A stretch of 32,000 nucleotides of DNA, taken from Desulfatiglandales bacterium (lineage in GTDB: Bacteria > Desulfobacterota > DSM-4660 > Desulfatiglandales > Desulfatiglandaceae). Below are positions 8,846-16,279 of the stretch, piece by piece. The translations under genes and the position numbers were made by a program. How positions within the stretch are numbered: position 1 is the first letter of the stretch; the number at the start of each line of letters is the position of its first letter. A model generated the notes under the pieces. The model was not told where the DNA came from, did no database searches, and was given only the letters and a program-made list of their open reading frames with translations. The stretch is taken from positions 4,005,403 to 4,037,402 of the forward strand of contig OY759599.1 in assembly GCA_963662465.1 (NCBI GenBank), read 5' to 3'.

Positions 8846-9403
8846 TTCTGTACTCCTCCCCTCTTATTTATGTATCAATTATGCATATCAATATGTACTA
8901 TAAGTATGTATTTTGCAAGATATTTTAACCTAAACTGATCGATTTTCAGGGTTAAATATAATTCTAACGTATCATCTCAATAAAAGGGACTTCCGTGATC
9001 CCTGGAAAATATTTCTCACTTTGCCTTCCTGTCAGCATACTTCATGTCAGAAGGATGGCCGAGAGAAGGAATTATACGATATTGAGTGATTACGGTTTCT
9101 TATGATAGATACGGAAATGATATTGATAAAATTTCACACTTTTCATGGTACACTTGGTCCGTGCAATTTATATGAAGTCTCTAAAACATACCCCCCGGGT
9201 TATAGATTCGGCGAAAATCCAATTTAGAGGCGGAAATGGCAAAAAAACGATTGATCCTGCTGCTCAGTTTGACACCGCAAAGGATTCGAAGAAATTGCTG
9301 CACTGTGATCACTTTGATATGGTATGCCCATTCATGAATAGGAACATATTGTTGTAAATCAATAGGCTGTTAACAAATAGGTTAGGAGGAAACTAGCAAG
9401 CGC

Positions 9404-9625
9404 CTACCCCCCAAAATCCGGATGAATAAACTCCAGAATGTCTCCAGCTTCAGGAAAAGTAGTATCATAATCCTGGGGATAAACGAACCGTCCATTCCGC
9501 TCCACCATCATGGCAGACTCCATTTCGTCATATTCCAGAATTAATTGGGTAATGGAGAATCCTTGGGTGACTTTTTCTTTAAAACCATTAAGGGTCACTT
9601 CAATTTCTTCGGCGTCTTTATTCAT
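9404..9625 (-). CDS. ThiS/MoaD-family ubiquitin-like sulfur carrier (C-terminal Gly-Gly)
   Basis: I prefer ATG 9625 (AAGGAG lies 9 nt upstream), giving 73 aa that end ...FIHPDFGG-stop. It lies immediately downstream of the E1-like gene. Confidence 0.75.
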   Translation of the reverse strand: MNKDAEEIEVTLNGFKEKVTQGFSITQLILEYDEMESAMMVERNGRFVYPQDYDTTFPEAGDILEFIHPDFGG

Positions 9626-9641
9626 GAGAGAATTCTCCTTA

Positions 9642-10391
9642 TCATAAATCGGCGCCGCACACACGGCATCGGGAATTCCTTCCCATTTCAATCATTTTAA
9701 AATTCATGGCAGCGCCATCCACATATAACATTCGGCCCGCGAGCAAACCGTCAGGCACTCCCACCAGAAAGTTAATGGCCGCCAGGGCCTGAAGGGACCC
9801 AATGATCCCCGTCAATGGACCCAAAACCCCCGGTGGGCCCTTATCGGGCGTCCCATCAGGGAAAAGACATTCAAAACAAGGGGTTTTGCCGGGAATGAAT
9901 GTAGTGGCCATGCCCGTCAATCCATCTACACCGCCAAAAAAGAAGGGAATCCCGTTCTTTAAGGAAACACGATTTAAAATCTTTCGTGTCTCTAAATTAT
10001 CGGTTCCATCCACAATCAAATGGGCGTCTCCAACCAGCATTTCCCCGTTATCCTCGCTGATCGCCTCATGGAGCGCTTCAATCCGGCAATGGGGGTTAAG
10101 GCTTTGAAGCTTTCGCTTCGCGGATTCTGCCTTTTTTTCACCAATATCTTCTGTAAAGTGCAGCAACTGCCGGTTCAGGTTTCCCAGTTCCACCCGGTCC
10201 TTGTCCACCAGCCGCAAGCGGCCTATGCCGGCTGCCGCCAGATAGTAAGCCGACACGGAACCCAGGCCTCCCACACCCGCTAGAAAAACCTTGGCCTTTC
10301 GCAGTTTAAGCTGACCTTCCTCGCCGATTTCGGGGAGAATTATTTGTCGGTGATAGCGAAGGGCTTCTTCCGGCGACAAGGGACTTGACAT
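9642..10391 (-). CDS. ThiF/MoeB/HesA family adenylyltransferase (E1-like)
   Basis: RYHRQIILPEIGEEGQLKL, the nucleotide loop GVGGLGS, and CxxC pairs (CFEC, CRVC). The start is probably ATG 10391 (GGAG 5 nt upstream) rather than the track start 10427. Confidence 0.85.
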   Translation of the reverse strand: MSSPLSPEEALRYHRQIILPEIGEEGQLKLRKAKVFLAGVGGLGSVSAYYLAAAGIGRLRLVDKDRVELGNLNRQLLHFTEDIGEKKAESAKRKLQSLNPHCRIEALHEAISEDNGEMLVGDAHLIVDGTDNLETRKILNRVSLKNGIPFFFGGVDGLTGMATTFIPGKTPCFECLFPDGTPDKGPPGVLGPLTGIIGSLQALAAINFLVGVPDGLLAGRMLYVDGAAMNFKMIEMGRNSRCRVCGADL

Positions 10392-10514
10392 TTTTTCTCC
10401 GCTGTTAGCGGCTGGATTCTTACACATTCACTCTGAGAGTTCATCTCTCACATTCATAACGTATTGCATTAAATAGTATTTTTTTGAACCGCAGAATATC
10501 GAACAAGGAATAAT

Positions 10515-10562
10515 GAATGTCGATGTAAAAACTTCTTAATTCGACATTCCTTTTCGACATTC
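10515..10562. repeat. 9-mer motif array: GAATGTCGA (inverted) plus 2x TCGACATTC (direct, 13-bp period)
   Basis: gaatgtcga at 10515-10523, tcgacattc at 10541-10549 and 10554-10562, and a degenerate copy tcacattc near 10447-10454. It sits between the Moco-subunit stop and the thiF-like start. Confidence 0.7.
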
Positions 10563-10677
10563 GATCTTCGTTTTTTCAAATTTCAAATATCCTTGACTAG
10601 GTCTCAGTCATTATGCAAATCAGGAAATACCCCGGAAAAAAGTGAACTTTCCGGGGCTGACAACAGAAACAATACTG

Positions 10678-13038
10678 CTATTTTTCCTTTTCTTCCTTTG
10701 CCTGAATGGCCTTGAACACCCGCTCGGGCGTCAGGGGCAACTCCTGAATCCTTACGCCGGTCGCATCGTAGAGCGCATTCAGAATAGCGGGAATGGTGGG
10801 CATAATGGCCCCTTCCCCCACCTCCTTGGCCCCAAAGGGACCATTGGGTTCATTGCTTTCCACAATGATGGCATTCACATTGGGCATATCCAGGGCCGTG
10901 GCAATCTTGTATTCACCCAGATTTGCATTCAGGATTTTGCCCTTATCATCGAATTTCACTTCCTCAAACATGGCCTCGCCCAATCCCATGGAAAGCGACC
11001 CCTGCATCTGGGCTTCCACGGAGGTACGGTTGATGGCGAAACCACAGTCGTGGGCATCGGTCATACGATCGATGGTAATCTTCCCCGTGCCCTTGTCCAC
11101 GGTGACTTCCACCACCTGAGCGGAGGGTCCATAGGCCGGAGAAGTGCCCACCGCGGCGCCCTTGAACTTACCCCCCAGCTCCCCGGGTTTATAACTGCCG
11201 GTCCCTACCATGGACCCCCGTGTCAAATAAGCGATCCGGGCAGCCTCCTTGAAGGTGAGCGGTTCATCCGAACCCGGATTATCAAAAAAGCCCCGATGCT
11301 CCTTGGCATAAAGGGTTCGAATGCCGCTGAAATCAGGGGTTTCACCCTTAAACACGATGAATCCGTTTTTGATGTCCATCTGATCCACCGGCACTTTCAG
11401 CTTTTCACCCAGCACGTTCAGCACCTGGGACTTTAAATCCTCAGCGGCGCTCTTGGTGGCATGCCCCGTCATGAGGGTCTGACGGCTGGAATAGGCGCCC
11501 AGGTCCACGCTATAGTCCGTATCCCCGGAAGAAACCTTAATGTGATCCAGCGGCACCCCCAGGGCCTCGGCGGCAATCATGCCCATGGTGGTATCGCTTC
11601 CCTGGCCGATTTCAGCGCTTCCGGTCAAAACATGGGCCGTTCCCCCGTCCTCGTTCAACTTAATCACCACGGTGGAATGGGCTGTTTCCGATCGGTAAAT
11701 GGGATACCCCGCGCCTGAAACAAAGAAGCCCGTGGCAATGCCGATCCCTTTTCCCTCGGGCATTTTTCCCTTTTTCTCATTCCATTTGGACCCGTCTTTT
11801 ACGGCTTGGATACATTCTTTCATGCCGAAACTGCTGGTATTGAAGTCGTTACAGGTAATATCGCCCGCTTCCATGGAGTTTTTCATTCTGATCTCCACGG
11901 GGTCCATGCCCAACTCTTCGGCAATGAAATCAAGCTGCTGTTCCCAGGCAGCACGTGCCACGACCCCGCCATGGCCGCGCTGGGCCCCGCAGGCAGGCCG
12001 GTTGGTGAAATATCGATAGCCGTCATACTTCATATTGGGCAGCCGGTAGGGCGCCCCCAGAAGGGAACCCGCATAGTAAACGGTAGCAATCCCGAAACTG
12101 CTATAAGCGCCCCCTTCCAGGGAACATTCGTTGGTCAAAGCCATGAGGGTGCCGTCTTTTTTGACGCCGGTGGTCAACGTATGCTTGAACTGATGCCTGG
12201 CCCTGGAAAACAGAAAGACCTGTTCGCGAGTAAAATTCATTTTCACCGGTTTGCCGGTCTTCATGGAAAGGAGGCACGATGCCAGTTCCATGGAATTGGT
12301 GCCGGCCTTGGGTCCGAAACCGCCGCCCACATAGGGCTTTTTCACCCGAACCTTGCCCACCGGAATGCCCAGCACCATCGCCACAATCCGCATGATATAG
12401 TGGGGGACCTGGGTGGATGAATGGAGGGTTAAATACCCGTTGTAGTCAAAATCCGCCACCACGCCATTGGGCTCCAGGAAAGCGCCGTCCTGTCTTTTGT
12501 TCAAAAAGGTATCGGTTCGAATGAGGTCGCACTGAGCAAAGCCTTCCGCCACATTTCCGAATTCCTGATGGACTTCCGCACAGAGATTTCCGGGATACTT
12601 ATCATGGAGTTGCGGCGCGCCTTCCTTCATGGCGTCTTCCACCGTAAACACCGCCGGCAGTTCCTCATATTCCACGTCGATCAAAGACACGGCTTCAAGC
12701 GCCGTTTCCATATCCACCGCGGCAACGGCTGCAATTTCATCGCCGATATATCGCGCCCGGTCCTTTACAAAGAGTGTTTCGTCGTATCGTGCGGGACTGA
12801 CGCCATAGGGCGTCATGCCCGCATCTTCAGCGGTCACCACTGATTTCACCCCGGGAAGTTTCCGGGCTTTGGAAGTGTCGATATTGCGGATCCCGGCGTG
12901 GGCCAGGGGGCTCTGCAACAAAGCGCCGTAGAGCATCCCGGGCAGTTTTATGTCATCCACATACATGGCGCGCCCAGTGGCCTTGGCAGGGGCATCCAGC
13001 CGGGGCGCACGTCCATTGATTACATGATATTCGGTCAT
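10678..13038 (-). CDS. Xanthine dehydrogenase/aldehyde oxidase family, molybdopterin-binding large subunit
   Basis: 786 aa, the typical length and look of CoxL/XdhB/HcrA-type subunits (GGGFG, ...AHDCGFAINR..., ...GAKEVGEG...). It is the third gene of an FAD / FeS / Moco operon. Confidence 0.9.
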   Translation of the reverse strand: MTEYHVINGRAPRLDAPAKATGRAMYVDDIKLPGMLYGALLQSPLAHAGIRNIDTSKARKLPGVKSVVTAEDAGMTPYGVSPARYDETLFVKDRARYIGDEIAAVAAVDMETALEAVSLIDVEYEELPAVFTVEDAMKEGAPQLHDKYPGNLCAEVHQEFGNVAEGFAQCDLIRTDTFLNKRQDGAFLEPNGVVADFDYNGYLTLHSSTQVPHYIMRIVAMVLGIPVGKVRVKKPYVGGGFGPKAGTNSMELASCLLSMKTGKPVKMNFTREQVFLFSRARHQFKHTLTTGVKKDGTLMALTNECSLEGGAYSSFGIATVYYAGSLLGAPYRLPNMKYDGYRYFTNRPACGAQRGHGGVVARAAWEQQLDFIAEELGMDPVEIRMKNSMEAGDITCNDFNTSSFGMKECIQAVKDGSKWNEKKGKMPEGKGIGIATGFFVSGAGYPIYRSETAHSTVVIKLNEDGGTAHVLTGSAEIGQGSDTTMGMIAAEALGVPLDHIKVSSGDTDYSVDLGAYSSRQTLMTGHATKSAAEDLKSQVLNVLGEKLKVPVDQMDIKNGFIVFKGETPDFSGIRTLYAKEHRGFFDNPGSDEPLTFKEAARIAYLTRGSMVGTGSYKPGELGGKFKGAAVGTSPAYGPSAQVVEVTVDKGTGKITIDRMTDAHDCGFAINRTSVEAQMQGSLSMGLGEAMFEEVKFDDKGKILNANLGEYKIATALDMPNVNAIIVESNEPNGPFGAKEVGEGAIMPTIPAILNALYDATGVRIQELPLTPERVFKAIQAKEEKEK

Positions 13039-13041
13039 TGT

Positions 13042-13512
13042 TTATCTCCCTTCACTCACGTCCTTGATGGATTCCACAATCTTCTGATATCCGGTACATC
13101 TGCAGAGATTCCCGGATATGGCCGTCCGGATCTCCAGTTCATCAGGTTTGGCATTTTTATCCAGAAGGCTTTTGGCGGAGAGCAGCATACCAGACGTACA
13201 AAATCCGCACTGAATAGCGCCGTTTTCAATGAATTTTGCCTGCAAGGGGTGCAGACCGTCCTCCGTCTCCAGACCCTCCACCGTGGTAATCTCCTTGCCC
13301 GAAGCCTGAACAGCCAGCACCAGACAGGAGTTGACGGCTTTTCCATTCATAAGTACGGTGCATGAACCGCAATCTCCCAATTCACATCCTTTTTTTGTTC
13401 CCGTCAGTAAAAGCTCTTCCCTGAGAAGGTCCGCCAAGGTCATATTAGGCGCCGCGGCCAACTCATATTCCTTGCCGTTTATGGTAAGGCAGATCATCTT
13501 TTTCATGGTCAT
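13042..13512 (-). CDS. [2Fe-2S]-binding small subunit of XDH-family enzyme
   Basis: 156 aa with both cluster motifs: CELGDCGSCTV and QCGFCTSGM...CRCTGY. Confidence 0.95.
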   Translation of the reverse strand: MTMKKMICLTINGKEYELAAAPNMTLADLLREELLLTGTKKGCELGDCGSCTVLMNGKAVNSCLVLAVQASGKEITTVEGLETEDGLHPLQAKFIENGAIQCGFCTSGMLLSAKSLLDKNAKPDELEIRTAISGNLCRCTGYQKIVESIKDVSEGR

Positions 13513-13583
13513 TCTCCCTTTTCTTTCTGCGATCGCTGTTTTTATATGCTGTCATCGCCTGAATCACTTCAAAAAGCGATCAT

Positions 13584-14462
13584 CTATGCGTTGCGCGCAC
13601 GGTCATAGGCTTTGGCTAAAGCCCTTCGGGTCAATTCCTTGACCATAGCCCGCTTGTAGTCGGCGGACGCCCTGAAATCATCGATAGGCCTGCTATCCAT
13701 GGCCGCGGCCGCTCCCGCCGCCAGAAAAAGAGCATCGGAAGGCTTTTCCCCCAGAAGGGTTTTTTCAGCGGATGGGGCCAAGAGCGGCGTAGGCCCTACG
13801 GAGCCCATTACAACCCGCGCGGCTTTAATGGGACCATCAGCACCATCAAGGGTTATGGTAACCGCCACGTTCACCAGGGAGATCTCCAGGGCTTCCCGGA
13901 TACCCAGTTTGAGATAGGCACTCCCGGAATAGGCTTCCGGTTTTGAAAGCACGATGGCTTCAAGGATCTCCGAAGACGTTATCACGGTCCGGCCCGGCGC
14001 CTGAATGAAATCCGCCAATGCCACAGTGCGTTCACCATCGCTGCTTTTTAAAACGGCCTTTGCCCCATAGGCGATCAGGGACGGCGGGAAATCCGCGGCC
14101 GGTCTTGCGGATACCAGGTTTCCACCGATGGTGGCAAGATTCCGGATCAGCGGCGAGCCCAGCTTGGACGCCCCTTCCGCCAACGCCGGGAAATCCCCTT
14201 TGACCACATCCGATTCCGCAATTTCGGACGCTTTGACGCACGCCCCGATCCGCAGGGTTCCGTTTGAAGGCCCCAGTTGGGCCAGCAATTCGACCCGATC
14301 CAGTGATACCAAATGCTCCGGCGTCAACAGTTTCTTTTTCATGTTGACGAACAAATCAGTGCCGCCGGCAAGGGTTTTGGCCTTTTCGCCCAATTCGCCA
14401 ACCATCCGGCAGGCCTCTTCGACCGTTATCGGCTCATGGAATTCAAATCTTGGTAAAAGCAT
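13584..14462 (-). CDS. FAD-binding medium subunit of XDH-family enzyme (CoxM/XdhA-like)
   Basis: I prefer ATG 14462 (AGGAGGGG SD), giving 292 aa. LAGGTDL and ATIGGNL FAD-binding motifs are present. There are only two Cys in the whole protein. Confidence 0.9.
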   Translation of the reverse strand: MLLPRFEFHEPITVEEACRMVGELGEKAKTLAGGTDLFVNMKKKLLTPEHLVSLDRVELLAQLGPSNGTLRIGACVKASEIAESDVVKGDFPALAEGASKLGSPLIRNLATIGGNLVSARPAADFPPSLIAYGAKAVLKSSDGERTVALADFIQAPGRTVITSSEILEAIVLSKPEAYSGSAYLKLGIREALEISLVNVAVTITLDGADGPIKAARVVMGSVGPTPLLAPSAEKTLLGEKPSDALFLAAGAAAAMDSRPIDDFRASADYKRAMVKELTRRALAKAYDRARNA

Positions 14463-14578
14463 TTTCCCCTCCTGATTTTCTTGGGACTTCAACACGCTTG
14501 TCCCGGTTTATGTTGAAACGACCCAAGCGCCATCACACGCTTAAACCGTTCTGCATCGTGAACCCAAATTTCCCTGGA

Positions 14579-14606
14579 AGGATACCATACCGGTAAACCA
14601 TGTCAA
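14579..14606 (-). promoter_or_regulatory. Sigma70-like promoter candidate for the XDH-family operon
   Basis: On the minus strand: TTGACA (14606..14601), 16-nt spacer, TATCCT (14584..14579). AAATCAAT direct repeats at 14623-14630 and 14659-14666 lie between this and the divergent iclR promoter. Confidence 0.35.
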
Positions 14607-14673
14607 GCGGAAATAGGGGTAAAAATCAATTCATGCTGCTTTTTTTACTGTTTTTTTTAAATCAATATCCCGG

Positions 14674-14702
14674 TTGACAAATGATGCCGCACAGGATAGG
14701 AT
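14674..14702 (+). promoter_or_regulatory. Sigma70-like promoter candidate for iclR
   Basis: TTGACA (14674-14679), 17-nt spacer, TAGGAT (14697-14702), about 30 nt upstream of the iclR start. Confidence 0.45.
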
Positions 14703-14732
14703 CAACGACAAAAGTTCAGCGAGGTGAACGCT

Positions 14733-15503
14733 ATGGCCGGAAAATATCAAGCCCCCTCCGTCAGGAAGGCATTTCACATGCTCAGGCTCATATCCAAAGC
14801 CAACCAGGGGTTGGGGATCAGCCACCTGGCAAACCGCATGGAGATCAGCAAGGGAACGGTTCACGGCATTATCAGCGCCCTGGAAGATCTGGGCGCTCTC
14901 ATCAGGGATCCTTCCTCAAAAAAATATACCCTTGGCCCTACGCTTTTTGAACTGGGAAAATCCGCTTATGCCGAGCTTGACCTGCGAGACCTTGCCCGGC
15001 AACCCATGGAAAGACTGATGCAGCAGACCAGCACATCGGTCTTCGTGGGAATTCCGAACGGGGACCGCGTCACCATTCTGGACGTCGTCGAATCCAACCG
15101 GAATCTTAAGATCACAGCCCCCCGCGGGAGTACCGTGCCTTTTCTGGCCGGCGCCATCGGAAAAATTTTCCTGGCAGCCATGGATGAGGAAAAAGCCTTA
15201 AATATCATTAATAAAAATGGGATTCCAAGGTTTACGGAAAACACCATTACGGACCCGGAGCAGTATCTCCTTCACATCCGACGCGCCAGGCAAGAGGGGT
15301 ATGCGGACGACGACGAAGAGTATATCGCCGGCGTCCGTGCCGCGGCGGCCCCCATCATGGGAAAACAAGGCATATTGTCGGCCATCTGGGCGGTAGGGTT
15401 TAAAACGGCCCTTGACGATGAAAAAATGTCGGACCTGATCAACGCGATCCAGGAAGCAGCTCAGGAAATCAACGCCCGGGTCAGGGAACACCCACTGCTA
15501 TAG
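14733..15503 (+). CDS. IclR family transcriptional regulator
   Basis: ATG 14733 has a GAGG 8 nt upstream; the track's GTG 14724 is an alternative. HTH LGISHLANRMEISKGTVHGIISAL, followed by an IclR-type effector domain. Confidence 0.9.
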   Translation: MAGKYQAPSVRKAFHMLRLISKANQGLGISHLANRMEISKGTVHGIISALEDLGALIRDPSSKKYTLGPTLFELGKSAYAELDLRDLARQPMERLMQQTSTSVFVGIPNGDRVTILDVVESNRNLKITAPRGSTVPFLAGAIGKIFLAAMDEEKALNIINKNGIPRFTENTITDPEQYLLHIRRARQEGYADDDEEYIAGVRAAAAPIMGKQGILSAIWAVGFKTALDDEKMSDLINAIQEAAQEINARVREHPLL

Positions 15504-15586
15504 AACCTTGTTTCCTAAAAACCTGTCATAAGAAATAAGAAATCCATTGACAGAAGAACTTAAAACTTAAAACCGCGGCTTGCCGC

Positions 15587-16132
15587 TTACCCCTCCCACC
15601 GTCTGAACAGATCATGCTCAATTCCCATGTAATCAAAGACCTTGCCGATGGTTTGGTCAATAATATCCTGAATGGTTTTGGGTTGATGGTAAAATGAAGG
15701 TACGGGGGGCAGAATATGCGCCCCCATGTCCGCCGCCATGGTCATCAGCCGGAGATGCCCCTTGTGAAGGGGGGTCTCCCTGACCACCAGAACCAGCTTT
15801 CGACCCTCTTTCAAATTGACATCCGCGGCCCGAACCAGCAAATTGCTGGTGTATGAATTGGCAATGCCGGAAAGGGTCTTGATGGTACAGGGAACCACCA
15901 CCATGCCGCAGGTCAAAAAAGAACCGCTGGCCAGTGCCGCGCCCACATCCCGGTCCTCATACACCTTATCCGCCATGGCTTCCACCTCGCCGGCAGTGTA
16001 TTCCGTCTCGATCTCGATGTTTCGCCTTCCGGAGTCGGAAATAATGAGATGGGTTTCAAAATCCGTTTCCCTGAGCAAACCGAGCATTCTCACGCCATAT
16101 ATGACGCCGCTTGCACCGGCAATCCCCACCAC
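15587..16132 (-). CDS. ubiX: UbiX-family flavin prenyltransferase (prFMN synthase); start codon uncertain
   Basis: RLVVGIAGASGVIYGVRML..., VVPCTIKTLSGIANSYTSNLLVRAADV and VRETPLHKGHLR are classic UbiX blocks. The first 45 codons of the track ORF (to 16273) read through a terminator hairpin and a repeat array. There is no in-frame ATG near the conserved N-terminus. Candidate starts are GTG 16132, GTG 16129 or CTG 16135. Confidence 0.85.
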   Translation of the reverse strand: MVGIAGASGVIYGVRMLGLLRETDFETHLIISDSGRRNIEIETEYTAGEVEAMADKVYEDRDVGAALASGSFLTCGMVVVPCTIKTLSGIANSYTSNLLVRAADVNLKEGRKLVLVVRETPLHKGHLRLMTMAADMGAHILPPVPSFYHQPKTIQDIIDQTIGKVFDYMGIEHDLFRRWEG

Positions 16133-16140
16133 CAGCCTTT

Positions 16141-16221
16141 TGGATTGATGATTGTTGATTGTTGATTGTTGATTGATGATGCGCCCCCCCTTTTGGATTG
16201 TTGACTGTTGATTGATGATTG
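16141..16221. repeat. Duplicated module of tandem heptamers ATTG(A/T)TG, each module flanked by TTTTGG
   Basis: Block 1 at 16144-16178 has 5 heptamers. Block 2 at 16197-16217 has 3 heptamers (one is ACTGTTG). On the mRNA (minus) strand this reads (CANCAAT)n-CCAAAAGG twice, and the array contains no G. Confidence 0.85.
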
Positions 16222-16227
16222 CCCTAC

Positions 16228-16273
16228 AAGAAAAACCTAAAAGCGTGCCTGAACGAGGTTTTCGTTCAGGCAC
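16228..16273 (-). terminator. Rho-independent terminator after the UPF0261 gene
   Basis: Perfect 12-bp stem GTGCCTGAACGA / TCGTTCAGGCAC (16245-16256 / 16262-16273) with a 5-nt loop. On the minus strand it is followed by GCTTTTAGGTTTTTCTTG. It starts 6 nt after the stop at 16280. Confidence 0.75.
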
Positions 16274-16279
16274 ACCATA

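Noticed and set aside
9145-9357. 70-aa ORF in the AT-rich spacer
   Set aside because: It has no SD, no recognisable motif and atypical composition. I kept it only as part of the AT-rich-region finding.
10428-10677. TPP or Moco riboswitch upstream of the thiF/moeB-like gene
   Set aside because: The region is AT-rich with short repeats. I could not find the conserved GC-rich helices or a CUGAGA-type core in the correct strand context. This cannot be excluded without a covariance-model scan.
16133-16273. N-terminal 47 codons of the track's 228-aa UbiX ORF
   Set aside because: The GTG start lies inside a perfect terminator hairpin, and the codons read through a tandem repeat (IINQQSTI...INQQSTINN). 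Conserved UbiX sequence begins only at about 16138.
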